Positions 1 to 10,291 of a stretch of DNA of 64,000 nucleotides are shown here, piece after piece. Under the pieces are notes generated by a model that saw nothing but the letters and a program-made list of their open reading frames with translations, searched no databases and had not been told where the DNA came from. Origin of the DNA: an uncultured Acidobacteriaceae bacterium (GTDB lineage: Bacteria; Acidobacteriota; Terriglobia; Terriglobales; Acidobacteriaceae). Position numbers and translations under genes: made by a program. Location of the stretch: assembly GCA_963703075.1 (NCBI GenBank), contig OY969786.1, positions 4,183,198-4,247,197 on the forward strand, given 5' to 3'. Positions within the stretch are counted from its first letter, which is position 1; each line of letters opens with the position of its first letter.

Positions 1-6
1 GTCTCA

Positions 7-3000
7 ATGTTTGGATCTTGCATAAATGACCAGAGGCCGACGTATTCGCGCGTTGGCCGGAGCCAGAGGCGGACTGCAATCGCGATCATCTGTGTCGTGA
101 TCTTGTTTTTAACGTCTCCCGCAGCGATTGCCCAGCGAATTTCCGGCACTCTTCGCGGCCAGGTCAGCGATCCAGCCGGCAATATCGTGGTTGGAGCACA
201 AGTCACGGTCGTTAATCAGGACAGCGGCGTTTCGCAAACGACCGCCACAAACTCCGCCGGCACCTATATCTATCCCGATATTCTGCCGGGCGTTTACACC
301 GTCAGAGTGTCGTCTCATGGTTTTTCTGACAGCGTGAGTCGCGACGTTCACGTAGTGACGAATGTGGATACTGACCACAACGTTGGGCTGCAGATCGGCG
401 GCGGATCGGAAGTAGTTGAGGTCACCTCTGGAGCAGAAACGGTGGACCTGACTTCCTCCACCCTGTCGTCCACTTTCACCTCGAAAGAAGTCATCGATCT
501 TCCCAGTGGCAGCAGCAGTCCGCTGCAGCTTTCCATATTCTCTGCGAATACCACGGCACAACAAGGCGGGGTACTGGGCAATGGTGGATCCATCGCGGGG
601 CAGCGTCCGCGCATGAACTCGTTCAATATCGACGGCATCGACGACAACAATACCGGGGTCACAGGCAACACATCGAATGTCATCCAGGACGCGGTTGCCG
701 AATTCAATCTAGTTACCAATCCGTTTTCCGCAGAGTACGGGCACTCCGGCGCCGGCCAGTTCAACATCATCACCAAGTCGGGGACGAATCAATGGCATGG
801 ATCGGCGGAAGATTATCTTGAAAACCGGTATCTCAATGCCTTGGACAACCTGACGAAGGCGGCGTTACAGGATGGCACTCTCGACCACACTCCTCGACTT
901 GATGTCGATCGTCTCGGAGGAACCATTGGGGGGCCGGTCCTCAAGAACCGCTGGTTCATCTTCGGAGCCTACGAATACTTCAACCAGCGGGCCGACGGTA
1001 TCAGCGGGCAATCTACCGTCCCGACCGCCGATGGATTGACCACCTTGAAGTCGCTGGCAGCCAATCCTTACATCGCGCAGCTGCTGTCATCACTCCCCAC
1101 CGCGCCTGCGGCGAATGCGGGTACCCTTTCCGTTACCGACGCCTCCGGAAGTCCCGTGGCCATACCTCTCGGGACAACGTCCGTCTTCGCGCCGGCGCCA
1201 TTTAAAGAGCACGATGCGCAGTTCACGACAGACTATAAAGTCGGCAATCACCAGATCAGCGGTCGTTTCCTGCTCAATCACCAGGCGACGGTTCTTCCTG
1301 CGATTCTTCCAACTGCGAACTTCAACCAGTTGACCACCTTCCTCAACTACAAGGTATCGGCCGTCGACACGTGGTCGGTTACCAATACCCTTGTGAATGA
1401 TCTTCGGGTTGCGTTCTCGCACAGCCTGCAGAACACGGCCACGCCAGCGGCCTACGCCGACTATCCGATTATCCAATTAGCAGACCTCCAGAGCCTGCAA
1501 TTCGGGGCCAACGATCCGCAACGAAACCTGCAAGATACCTACCAGATTCTGGACAACCAGACGAAGCTGTTCGGGCGCCACACGTTGAAATATGGGGCGG
1601 AGTTCCGCCACTACATCGCCCCATCTTTCTTCCTGTCCCGTTCGACGGGCAATTACTTCTACAGCAGCACCGACTCGTTCATTCACGATGATGTCCCCGA
1701 CCAACAGGCGCTACGCGGCTCGGGCGAGCCGACTTTCAAGTCGACGCAGAGCGCGTTTTATACGTTTGTGCAGGATGATTTCAAGGTGAACAATCGGCTC
1801 ACTCTCAACATGGGCCTGCGCTACGAGTTCACTAACAACCCCGTCTCTGCCGATACCCAGGCGATGAATGCGGTCTCCAGTGTTCCGGGCGTGATTGAGT
1901 TCCACAACCCGGCAACCGCCAAGCTCGACTTCGAACCTCGGGTAGGGTTCGCCTGGGATCCTTCCGGCCAGGGCAAAACCTCAATTCGCGGGGGATTTGG
2001 AATCGGGTACACGCCTGCTCCCAATAACTTCGCCGAACTTTCTTATCCGCCCCAGTTGCAGACCGAGCTGACCAGTGCGTCGGCATGCAACGGATTGACG
2101 GTAGCTCCGGCCTGGTGCGCCACGGGAACCAACTTCTTCGCGAACGGAGCACTCCCGGCGAGCTATACGCTGGCTCCCGGCCCGGCGCAGGCGCGCGCAC
2201 TTACCCAGGGCATCATTCCGGACACCGTCGATACCCGAACTGTGAACTGGAGCTTAGGCGTGCAACACGAGCTCTACTCTGGAGGAATCCTCGATGTCCG
2301 TTATGTAGGATCTCGAGCTTTCCATTTGCCCGTCCAGATCCGGCTCAACAGCGAAAGCGCTTTCGATGCCGGCATCGCCCCATTGCCGACTTACTTCAGC
2401 GCTTCCCAAGTGCCGGCAGCTATACCGAATCCCGCTTCGACCCAGATGGATTTCGTCAACTTCAATCCGCTGCCTCTCTCGCAGTACGGATTTTTTGGCA
2501 GCGTCACCGACATTGCGGCAGCCGCCTCGAGCGTCTATCACGGCGCCTCGGTTTCATTTACCCAGAACCTGCGCCGAGGTTTGACGGTGCGGGCCAACTA
2601 CACCTGGTCGCATGATATTGACGACGCCACCAACGAACTGAACAGCAGCGCTCTGAATCCAAGGCGCGCCCAGGATTGGTATGACTTGCAGGCTGAACGT
2701 TCCGACTCCGCGCTCGACGTTCGCCACAAGTTTGCCGCCACCTGGACCTACGACACACCCGCGGTGTCGGGGATCAATCCAATCCTCCGCGCGATTCTCA
2801 ATACCTATCAACTGAATGGTTCCTTCATCGCACAGACCGGTCAACCGGTCACGATCCTCTCCCCGTATGATCCGAACGCGAATGGTGATCCTGCGGGCGA
2901 TCGTTCCATCTTGAATCCGAATGGAGTGGGTAACACCGGGACCGACGTCTATGCGGTTTGCAACAACGGCGCGGGAGGAGCGACCAGTATTGATTCGAAT

Positions 3001-3396
3001 CCGTCGGCCACAAGCTGTTCCGCCACTCCCAGCAATGTGGTTGGTTATGTCGCGATCAATCCGAACGCGCGCTATGTTGCCGCGCAGTTCGGGGCGAAAT
3101 CCAACCTCCCGAGGAACTCGTTCCTTTCTCCTGGATTCGGGGTCTGGAATATGTCCCTCGGACGAAACTTCCGGGTTGCGGAAGGCAAAACATTCCTCGC
3201 CAGGGTGGAGGCAGACGACCTCTTCAACCATCGAAACTTCACGGTTGCAGGACCCGTATCCGTGTTCAGTACGCTCACCGACTTCAACGCGTTCAGTGCC
3301 GGATACACGATCCCGGGGTCGGCACAATTCCTCGACCCTAAACAGTTCAGCGGCGGCGCACGGTCGGTAGTACTAGAGTTCAAATTTCTATTTTGA
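7..3396 (+). CDS. TonB-dependent outer-membrane receptor with N-terminal carboxypeptidase-regulatory-like domain
   Basis: 1129-aa ORF. Signal-like N-terminus ending AIAQ. CarboxypepD_reg-like segment GTLRGQVSDPAGNIVVGAQVTVVNQDSG...GTYIYPDILPGVYTVRV. Plug-like GGSIAGQRPRMNSFNIDGIDDN. Long Gly/Asn/Tyr-rich barrel ending in aromatic ...EFKFLF. Paralogous to the ORF at 48729..52220. Confidence 0.85.
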   Translation: MFGSCINDQRPTYSRVGRSQRRTAIAIICVVILFLTSPAAIAQRISGTLRGQVSDPAGNIVVGAQVTVVNQDSGVSQTTATNSAGTYIYPDILPGVYTVRVSSHGFSDSVSRDVHVVTNVDTDHNVGLQIGGGSEVVEVTSGAETVDLTSSTLSSTFTSKEVIDLPSGSSSPLQLSIFSANTTAQQGGVLGNGGSIAGQRPRMNSFNIDGIDDNNTGVTGNTSNVIQDAVAEFNLVTNPFSAEYGHSGAGQFNIITKSGTNQWHGSAEDYLENRYLNALDNLTKAALQDGTLDHTPRLDVDRLGGTIGGPVLKNRWFIFGAYEYFNQRADGISGQSTVPTADGLTTLKSLAANPYIAQLLSSLPTAPAANAGTLSVTDASGSPVAIPLGTTSVFAPAPFKEHDAQFTTDYKVGNHQISGRFLLNHQATVLPAILPTANFNQLTTFLNYKVSAVDTWSVTNTLVNDLRVAFSHSLQNTATPAAYADYPIIQLADLQSLQFGANDPQRNLQDTYQILDNQTKLFGRHTLKYGAEFRHYIAPSFFLSRSTGNYFYSSTDSFIHDDVPDQQALRGSGEPTFKSTQSAFYTFVQDDFKVNNRLTLNMGLRYEFTNNPVSADTQAMNAVSSVPGVIEFHNPATAKLDFEPRVGFAWDPSGQGKTSIRGGFGIGYTPAPNNFAELSYPPQLQTELTSASACNGLTVAPAWCATGTNFFANGALPASYTLAPGPAQARALTQGIIPDTVDTRTVNWSLGVQHELYSGGILDVRYVGSRAFHLPVQIRLNSESAFDAGIAPLPTYFSASQVPAAIPNPASTQMDFVNFNPLPLSQYGFFGSVTDIAAAASSVYHGASVSFTQNLRRGLTVRANYTWSHDIDDATNELNSSALNPRRAQDWYDLQAERSDSALDVRHKFAATWTYDTPAVSGINPILRAILNTYQLNGSFIAQTGQPVTILSPYDPNANGDPAGDRSILNPNGVGNTGTDVYAVCNNGAGGATSIDSNPSATSCSATPSNVVGYVAINPNARYVAAQFGAKSNLPRNSFLSPGFGVWNMSLGRNFRVAEGKTFLARVEADDLFNHRNFTVAGPVSVFSTLTDFNAFSAGYTIPGSAQFLDPKQFSGGARSVVLEFKFLF

Positions 3397-3420
3397 TCAC
3401 GGAGATGCTTCCGTGTACTT

Positions 3421-3449
3421 GGGGGGCGTTCGCGCCCCCCTCTTTTATT
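3421..3449 (+). terminator. Rho-independent terminator after the TonB-dependent receptor gene
   Basis: GGGGGGCG-TTCG-CGCCCCCC perfect 8-bp GC stem followed by TCTTTTATT, 25 nt after the stop codon. Confidence 0.75.
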
Positions 3450-3582
3450 GCGCGTGAAGTGAGTCAAGACATCGTTCAATCGCTCGGAAGCCCGCCATCG
3501 AAGCACGTACTCCGGTCACGATTGAATGTAAACAGGTCCCATTTTTCTTGATGTCCTCGATATCGTGGTCCATTGTGTGACC

Positions 3583-4377
3583 ATGAGTATTGGCTCCAAC
3601 CCCTCGCTGGCCGCGGATTTCACAGGGCAAACCCTGCGCGCCGGCATGCGTGTTGTGGTCGTGGCAGAGGATGCGTCCGTCCGCGAAAGTCTGTTAGGCG
3701 CGTTCGCGGAGGATGCCGCGTTCCTCCTGGTCGGCAGTGCCCAGAGGATGGTGGACGCGGAACCAATCATTGATGAGTACGTCCCCGAGGTTGTCGTCTG
3801 CCAGGCGGAAGCCATGGCAGATTGGCAGCCCACTTCATCGGAGACGCTGGTTCTCAACATCTCGTTCAAAAATGGAGAGGTCGTCCTCCGTCGCTTCGAT
3901 GGAGAGTATGAATTCTCAATGAACCGCTCTCAGCTCGCCAGATCGCTAGCGGCCATCAAAGGCGAAGTTCTATTTCGCAAGGGAGAGTGGCTACGCCACC
4001 TGGTGTCCTCCGCTTCGGTAACATCCAACAAGCGGCGTGACGACGCGCCTGAGGCAATATTGCCGTTGACCGTTCGGCATTGCGAGGATATTGCCTGGGT
4101 GCGCTCCGATGGAAACTATGTTCTCTATTACGGTAACTCGGGAATGTGGAAGGAACGCGGAAGCCTCTCGATGTTGAGATGGAGCCACCCTGCCTGCCAT
4201 TTCCTGCGAATCAGTCGTTCCTGTGCGGTGAATCGGTCGCAGATCAAGCGGGTTCTTAGACAGGAAAATCGCCTCGTCATTTCCATGAAATGCGGAACCG
4301 TTCTCAGCCCGAGCCGCAGTTATTTGCGCGCGATCCTCCAAGCCGTTCCAGACCTCATCGAAACCCGCGCCAGCTGA
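3583..4377 (+). CDS. LytTR-family DNA-binding regulator with degenerate (pseudo-)receiver N-terminal domain
   Basis: The C-terminal segment IAWVRSDGNYVLYYGNSG...HFLRISRSCAVNRSQIKRV...VISMKCGTVLSPSRSY matches the LytTR pattern. The N-terminus MRVVVVAEDA...PEVVVCQAEAM is receiver-like but has Gln where the phospho-Asp is expected. The start is uncertain (GTG 3565, ATG 3583 or ATG 3646). Confidence 0.7.
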   Translation: MSIGSNPSLAADFTGQTLRAGMRVVVVAEDASVRESLLGAFAEDAAFLLVGSAQRMVDAEPIIDEYVPEVVVCQAEAMADWQPTSSETLVLNISFKNGEVVLRRFDGEYEFSMNRSQLARSLAAIKGEVLFRKGEWLRHLVSSASVTSNKRRDDAPEAILPLTVRHCEDIAWVRSDGNYVLYYGNSGMWKERGSLSMLRWSHPACHFLRISRSCAVNRSQIKRVLRQENRLVISMKCGTVLSPSRSYLRAILQAVPDLIETRAS

Positions 4378-4523
4378 TTACAGCGAACATGCCTTCCCCG
4401 GTCCGATGTCGCCGCCTGGCGAAGGACCCTCCCGTCATTGAGCTCCTCATAAAACTACCGCGAGACAGGGAGTATTATGCGAATGACTCATAGTCAAGAA
4501 ACTGGCGCGATTGGAGTAACGTA

Positions 4524-7337
4524 TTGCCTGAGACGATTGACTGGCCGCGCTTCCCCCCGCCGCGTCGCCGTCGCCGCTTTCTACTTCTTCTGGCCGCGGT
4601 TGTTGTCGTTTTCTTTGTCGGTCGGATCGCGCTGTCGTATTACGTAGACGCGCTCTGGTTTGGGTCTCTTGGCTACCGCAAAGTGTTCTTCGAAACACTG
4701 AGTTTTCAGTGGGGGATCTTCGCAACTTTTTCAGTCGCGACGTTTCTCGTTCTTTATGGATCATTTCTGGCATTGAAACGGGCGCACCTTCGGGATTTGC
4801 CAGATGCAAAGACAATCTTCATTGGCGGTCAGCCCGTAAAACTTCCTCTTGGCCGCGTTCTTCGGATCATTGCACTCATCATGTCGCTCGTCATTGCCCT
4901 GGCAATCGGTGGCGCCATGTCTGCGAAGTGGGCAACGTTTGCGCTTGTTTGGTTCTCGTCCCACGCCAACGGGGGAGCCGTAGACCCAATTTTTGGCAAG
5001 CCGATCAATTTCTACCTCTTCACCCTGCCGGCGTGGCAGCTCATCGCCGGATGGCTCCTGACTCTATCCGTCTTGACTTGCGCTCTCGCAATCTTCTTCC
5101 TTCTGATCACCGGCGGCGCTCGCGTATCGACTCAGAGTTTCAGACATTCGGTCACATCGCCGTGGCGCTGGATCTCCTTTGCATTTGCCTCCCTATTGAT
5201 GGTCCTCGCGCTGCGCGTGTACTTGGGCCGGTTTGAGCAATTGCTCGACGACCATACGATTTTTGGTGGCGTGACCTACACGGACGCCCACGTCATCCTG
5301 ACCGGGATGCTGATCGTGTGTGCTGCGCTTGTGGCCGGTGCGATCTTCCTAGCGGTCAATGCCGCACGGGCACCCCGCGCACGCTGGCTTGTGGCAGCAA
5401 TCCTTCCGGCAGCGCTCTGTTATTTCGTGGTGCAAGGGGTAGCGTGGTACGTCAGCAGTTTTATCGTCAAACCCAACGAACTCGTTCGCGAGAGGCCCTA
5501 CATCGTTTACAACACCGAGTTGACGCGAGAGGCCTACGGATTGAATCAGGTCGTGCAACACGAGTTTCCTGCTGAGACCACGGTTGAGGCGGCTGAACCG
5601 GAAAACAACCAGGGTACCCTGCAAAATATTCGGTTGTGGGACTGGCACGCTCTGCAGGACACGCTGCGACAGATTCAGGAGATTCGTACCTACTACGACT
5701 TCCCGGACATCGATATCGATCGCTACGAAATTAACGGCCAAACCCGACAAGTGATGCTTGCAACGCGTGAGTTGAGCATCGATAAACTCCCGGAAAGCAG
5801 CCGCAACTGGATTAATGAGAAGTTGATTTATACCCACGGATACGGCATCACGATGAATCCAGTCAACGGATTCACTCCCGAGGGCTTGCCCACTCTGATT
5901 CTGAGCAACATGCCCGTCCAAAGCACGGTCGCAGGTCTGACTGTGACGCGCCCGGAGGTCTACTTCGGCGAATTGACCAACACCGACGTCTACGTAAATA
6001 CCCGGCAGAAGGAGTTCAACTATCCCCAGGGGCAGGCCAACAATCTCACCTCTTACCAAGGCGAAGGCGGGATTCTTCTCGGTGGTTTTCTGCGGCGCAT
6101 GATTATCGCGTTCGACCGCGACGATCTGGCCAAGTTGCCGTTCAGCGACGACGTGAACAAGGACAGCCGGTTGCTGATGCGGCGCAACGTGCGCGAGCGT
6201 GTGTCAACCTTGGCACCGTTTCTCTCCTTCGATTCGGATCCATATATCGTGCTCGGGGAGGATGGCCGGCTGTCGTGGATTCTGGATGCATTCACAGTCT
6301 CAGACAGCTATCCCTACTCAACGCACTACCGCTTTGGCGATGACCAGATTAATTACATGCGGAACAGCGTGAAGGTGGTGGTTGATGCCTACGATGGCAC
6401 GACTACTTTCTACGTCTTTGATGACGCGGATCCGATCATCACCACTTACCGCAGGATCTTTCCGAGCTTGTTCAAGGACGCCTCCGCCATGCCGCCAGGG
6501 CTGCGGAAGCATGTTCGCTACCCAGAGATGCTGCTCAAAGTCCAGGCGGAAGTTTACGGCTTGTATCACATGACGGATCCGGAGGCCTTTTACAATCGCG
6601 AAGATCTGTGGACGGTGGCCGCTGAAGTCGGCCAGGGCGATGCAGGTCAGCAAGCGACGCAGGCCATGCAGCCGAACTTCGTGCTGATGAAATTGCCAGG
6701 AGAAAGCAGCGAAGACTTCGTGGAGATCCTGCCCTTCACGCCAGCGAATCGGAACAATTTGATCGGCTGGATAGCCGGAAGAAGCGATGGCCAACACTAC
6801 GGCACGTCGGTGGTTTACGATTTTCCTAAGACAAGGCTGGTCGACGGTCCGCTGCAAATCGAGGCACGAATCGACCAGAATGCACAGCTCTCCGGGCAGT
6901 TGACGTTGTGGAATCAGCAAGGCTCGCATGTGCGGCGTGGGGCGCTGCTGGTCATTCCAACCGGGCGGGCCCTTCTCTATGCGGAGCCGATTTATTTGCA
7001 GGCGGAACGAAGCCCGATGCCGGAGTTGCGCCTTGTGGTCCTCGCACTCCAGGATCGCCTGGCATACGGACCCACTTTCCAGTCGGCATTGGCGTCACTT
7101 TTTGGGGGAGCCGTCTCGTCGCTGAATGCATCGTCGACCGGCGCCGCTGAACGCACGCCAGCGGCCGCATCTGTGTCATCTCCGCCTGCAGCCGACCTCA
7201 ACGCACTTATCGCCGAAGCCGCCAGGAACCTTGCCGACTACCAACGTCTCACGGCGGAAGGCAAGCTCGGTGAGGCTGGGCAAAAGCTGGAAGAGTTGAA
7301 ACGTGCGCTCGACAAACTGAGCGCGAAACCAAGATAA
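4524..7337 (+). CDS. UPF0182-family large integral membrane protein
   Basis: 937-aa ORF with a TTG start 7 nt after GGAG. Arg-rich N-terminus followed by multiple TM helices. YYVDALWFGSLGY motif and a large soluble C-terminal part, as in UPF0182 proteins. Confidence 0.75.
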   Translation: MPETIDWPRFPPPRRRRRFLLLLAAVVVVFFVGRIALSYYVDALWFGSLGYRKVFFETLSFQWGIFATFSVATFLVLYGSFLALKRAHLRDLPDAKTIFIGGQPVKLPLGRVLRIIALIMSLVIALAIGGAMSAKWATFALVWFSSHANGGAVDPIFGKPINFYLFTLPAWQLIAGWLLTLSVLTCALAIFFLLITGGARVSTQSFRHSVTSPWRWISFAFASLLMVLALRVYLGRFEQLLDDHTIFGGVTYTDAHVILTGMLIVCAALVAGAIFLAVNAARAPRARWLVAAILPAALCYFVVQGVAWYVSSFIVKPNELVRERPYIVYNTELTREAYGLNQVVQHEFPAETTVEAAEPENNQGTLQNIRLWDWHALQDTLRQIQEIRTYYDFPDIDIDRYEINGQTRQVMLATRELSIDKLPESSRNWINEKLIYTHGYGITMNPVNGFTPEGLPTLILSNMPVQSTVAGLTVTRPEVYFGELTNTDVYVNTRQKEFNYPQGQANNLTSYQGEGGILLGGFLRRMIIAFDRDDLAKLPFSDDVNKDSRLLMRRNVRERVSTLAPFLSFDSDPYIVLGEDGRLSWILDAFTVSDSYPYSTHYRFGDDQINYMRNSVKVVVDAYDGTTTFYVFDDADPIITTYRRIFPSLFKDASAMPPGLRKHVRYPEMLLKVQAEVYGLYHMTDPEAFYNREDLWTVAAEVGQGDAGQQATQAMQPNFVLMKLPGESSEDFVEILPFTPANRNNLIGWIAGRSDGQHYGTSVVYDFPKTRLVDGPLQIEARIDQNAQLSGQLTLWNQQGSHVRRGALLVIPTGRALLYAEPIYLQAERSPMPELRLVVLALQDRLAYGPTFQSALASLFGGAVSSLNASSTGAAERTPAAASVSSPPAADLNALIAEAARNLADYQRLTAEGKLGEAGQKLEELKRALDKLSAKPR

Positions 7338-7480
7338 AATCGCGATACGAGAATCGGTTCTTACGCGTTGCTTTGCACGAGACTACATCGTCTTCCAAGT
7401 ACGCACCCTCAGTTGGAAAAATTTGCCATCCATGCAGTATTGCTTTCAATGCCGGTCCGCGAAGGATTCAGGGAGCAATT

Positions 7481-9949
7481 ATGCCGAACAGAAAGGCTGT
7501 TATCAGTATCGCCTTTGGAGCTCTGACCGTCGTGCTGCCCTGTATGGCGCAGACTCTTACGAACGACAACCTCTCCGTAAACGTCAACGCTGAAAGCGGA
7601 ACCTACAGCTTGGCGCCGCGTGATGGTCAACCAGTGCTTGCCTCGCGGGTTGCAGCGCAGGTCAACCATGAATGGCTGCGCTCGTCCGATTACGTGAATT
7701 GCCGATCAGCGTCCTCATCCTTCAGCGATGAACTCGGTCCTGGGCGCCAGGTAGCAGTGACCTGCTCTGGACGCGAAGGCAGGCCAGACTTGGTGTATGT
7801 AGTGCAGTTGTATGATCAGCAGCCTTACGGCGCGGTACAGGTGAAGGTGCACAACGGCACCGGGCAGCCGGTCGCTGTTCAGGCCATTCGCAGTGTCGAC
7901 GCAGTCGGTCAACCGCTTATCAATCTCGGCGGCCGTGCAAGCGTAGACCGGGTACTTTCCGACAGTTTCAGCGAGGATTGGCCCGATCTGAAGATTTACG
8001 ATCTCGGTAAGGCGACGGGCGGGATGCATCGCGGCGTAGGAAGTCAGCTCATCTACAACCGGGAAAGCCGGCAATCTCTATTCCTTGGTGCCTTAACTTC
8101 CGATCGGTTCTTGACGATCCTGCATCTTCAAGCCAATGATGCTGGGGGAGAAGAAAAGATCGCCTCCTTCACCGTCGAATCCACCGGCACGACCGAAATC
8201 CAAAAGGATTTCGATTTGCAACAATCTCCGGCTGACGATCAAGTGGAGCTGACTCTGACGGTCGCGCCAGGGCAAGAACTCGCTTCCGAACGACTTCTGT
8301 TCGAAGCCGGCAAGGACTATCACCGTCAACTGCTGGCCTATGGAGATGCAATTCGTCGCCTCCACCATGCGCGGGCCGATGGCGAAACACCCATGGGATG
8401 GTGGAGCTGGACTGCCTACTATGGCGCGATTAACGAGGGTGAAACCCTGGCCAATGCCGATTGGCAGTCGCAGCACTTAAAGTCCCTCGGATACAAGTAT
8501 TTCCAGATCGATGAAGGCTACCAGTATGCGCGCGGAGAGTTCACCACTACGAATGCCTCACAGTTTCCAGATGGCATGCGTTTCATAGGACACCGCATCG
8601 TTGCGAACGGCCTCACCCTCGGACTTTGGACTGCGCCCTTCGAGGTCACCACCCGAGCCTGGGTCTACGAGCACCATAAAGATTGGCTCGTGCACAACGC
8701 GAAAGGTGAACCCATTCCGATCGGCGATGTCTGGCACCAAGGCACCGACCGTCTGTATGCGTTGGACACCACCCACCCCGCCGCCCAGGACTATCTGCGC
8801 GAAACTTATAAAACCATCGTTCGCGAATGGGGCGTCCGCTTCATCAAGTTGGACTTCATGGATACGACCGCGATCGAGGGCTATTACCACCGGCCCAACA
8901 CCACCGCTCTTGAAGCACAACGTATTGGCCTTCAGATCATCCGCGATACCGTCGGCAATGACGTGGTCCTGGACAAGGATGGGAGCCCGATGCTCAATCC
9001 AGTTGGACTGGTGGACACCGGGCGCGTTTCCGCCGATACCGGACATAACTTTGAGCGAACCCGGGCGGCAGAGCCTGGCGTCGCCGCGCGCTTCTACATG
9101 CACCACAACTTCTTCGTCAACGACCCGGATGCCTTCAACGTCACCGATAGCTACTTGATGGAAGAACGAGAGCCGCAGCCTCCGGTGTCATTATCGGGCG
9201 CCGAGGCGTCGATAGCCCTCTCTGCTGTCTCGGGCGGCATGTACGAGATCGGTGATGACATGCTTTTGTTGGGCTCGGAGAAAGACCGCCTCGCGCTGGT
9301 TGAAAACCGGGACCTGCTGAACATGGTGAAAGTTGGACGAGCCGCCACGCCGATCGACCTGATGGCCTATGAGCCCAAGGATGAACAACCCAGCATCTTC
9401 TTCCTCCGGGAAGACCAACGCCAATCCATGCTGGTAGTTTTTAATTGGACCAAAACAGCTCGCACGCACACCTTGCAATTAGCTGATCTTGGCCTTCCCG
9501 CGGGAGACAAAGTCGTCACGACGGACGTGCTCGACCAGACAGCGCCTACGGTTGCGGGAACCACGGTGACCATTGCAAACCAGCCTCCGCAGTCCGTGAA
9601 AGTGATCAAGATTGTCGATACGGAAATCGCTCCCGCTGCGCCCACGATCACGGCGCGAGTCCCCTCAAGTGCCAAGGCTGGTGACACGGTCGACTTCTTG
9701 GCGCAGGCCGATGCCGCAGGCGTACCCGCGATCTCTTACATGTGGGACTTTGGCGACGGGACAACTGCAGTTGGCAACAAATCCGCCCATACCTACACGC
9801 GTGCCGCCAATTTCGAGGTGCATCTCATCGCTGAGGGACTCGACGGTGTATCAGCCCGGCAGACATTTTCGATCAAAGTGACCGGGACGCTGCAGGTCAT
9901 GCCAAAGCTTCGCGATAACCGACGGTTCGTAGAACCCACGAGCCACTGA
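7481..9949 (+). CDS. Secreted alpha-galactosidase-like glycoside hydrolase (clan GH-D, GH27/GH36-like) with C-terminal PKD domain
   Basis: ATG at 7481 preceded by GGGAG. Signal peptide MPNRKAVISIAFGALTVVLPCMAQ. TIM-barrel motifs GWWSWTAYY...YKYFQIDEGYQ...GLWTAPFEV...RFIKLDFMD. C-terminal YMWDFGDGTTAVGNKSAHTY is a PKD signature. Confidence 0.7.
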   Translation: MPNRKAVISIAFGALTVVLPCMAQTLTNDNLSVNVNAESGTYSLAPRDGQPVLASRVAAQVNHEWLRSSDYVNCRSASSSFSDELGPGRQVAVTCSGREGRPDLVYVVQLYDQQPYGAVQVKVHNGTGQPVAVQAIRSVDAVGQPLINLGGRASVDRVLSDSFSEDWPDLKIYDLGKATGGMHRGVGSQLIYNRESRQSLFLGALTSDRFLTILHLQANDAGGEEKIASFTVESTGTTEIQKDFDLQQSPADDQVELTLTVAPGQELASERLLFEAGKDYHRQLLAYGDAIRRLHHARADGETPMGWWSWTAYYGAINEGETLANADWQSQHLKSLGYKYFQIDEGYQYARGEFTTTNASQFPDGMRFIGHRIVANGLTLGLWTAPFEVTTRAWVYEHHKDWLVHNAKGEPIPIGDVWHQGTDRLYALDTTHPAAQDYLRETYKTIVREWGVRFIKLDFMDTTAIEGYYHRPNTTALEAQRIGLQIIRDTVGNDVVLDKDGSPMLNPVGLVDTGRVSADTGHNFERTRAAEPGVAARFYMHHNFFVNDPDAFNVTDSYLMEEREPQPPVSLSGAEASIALSAVSGGMYEIGDDMLLLGSEKDRLALVENRDLLNMVKVGRAATPIDLMAYEPKDEQPSIFFLREDQRQSMLVVFNWTKTARTHTLQLADLGLPAGDKVVTTDVLDQTAPTVAGTTVTIANQPPQSVKVIKIVDTEIAPAAPTITARVPSSAKAGDTVDFLAQADAAGVPAISYMWDFGDGTTAVGNKSAHTYTRAANFEVHLIAEGLDGVSARQTFSIKVTGTLQVMPKLRDNRRFVEPTSH

Positions 9950-10041
9950 GGGTACGGTCTCTCCACCTGTGGGGCACATGCTGTTGCCTGTTGAAGAATC
10001 GTTGCGAAGAACGCGAGGAAAAGTAGAATACGCCTGATAAC

Positions 10042-10233
10042 CTACTCATTCTTATCCTGCCACTCCTCGTACAAGTGACCGGACCGCGATTTCCGTAAGT
10101 TGCTGAGAACACATTCGTCTGCGCGAGCTAAATCTTCCAGATTTACACCAATTTTGTACACGGCTTGTACACCGATCCTCGGTTCACTCCATAGGTCGAA
10201 GCTAAATATCACGCGAGACAAGCTGTTGGACAC
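10042..10233 (-). CDS. Small IscX-like ORF (possible diverged or truncated iscX paralog)
   Basis: 63-aa ORF ending ...YEEWQDKNE. Its last 24 nt (10049..10072) are identical to the 3' end of the bona fide iscX (16741..16764). The rest resembles IscX only weakly, with an apparent internal deletion. Confidence 0.35.
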   Translation of the reverse strand: MSNSLSRVIFSFDLWSEPRIGVQAVYKIGVNLEDLARADECVLSNLRKSRSGHLYEEWQDKNE

Positions 10234-10291
10234 TGAATCCCCCGGGCGAATCGGCTAACGCGGCGGCCCCAGATCAGCGAGAGCAACCCAA

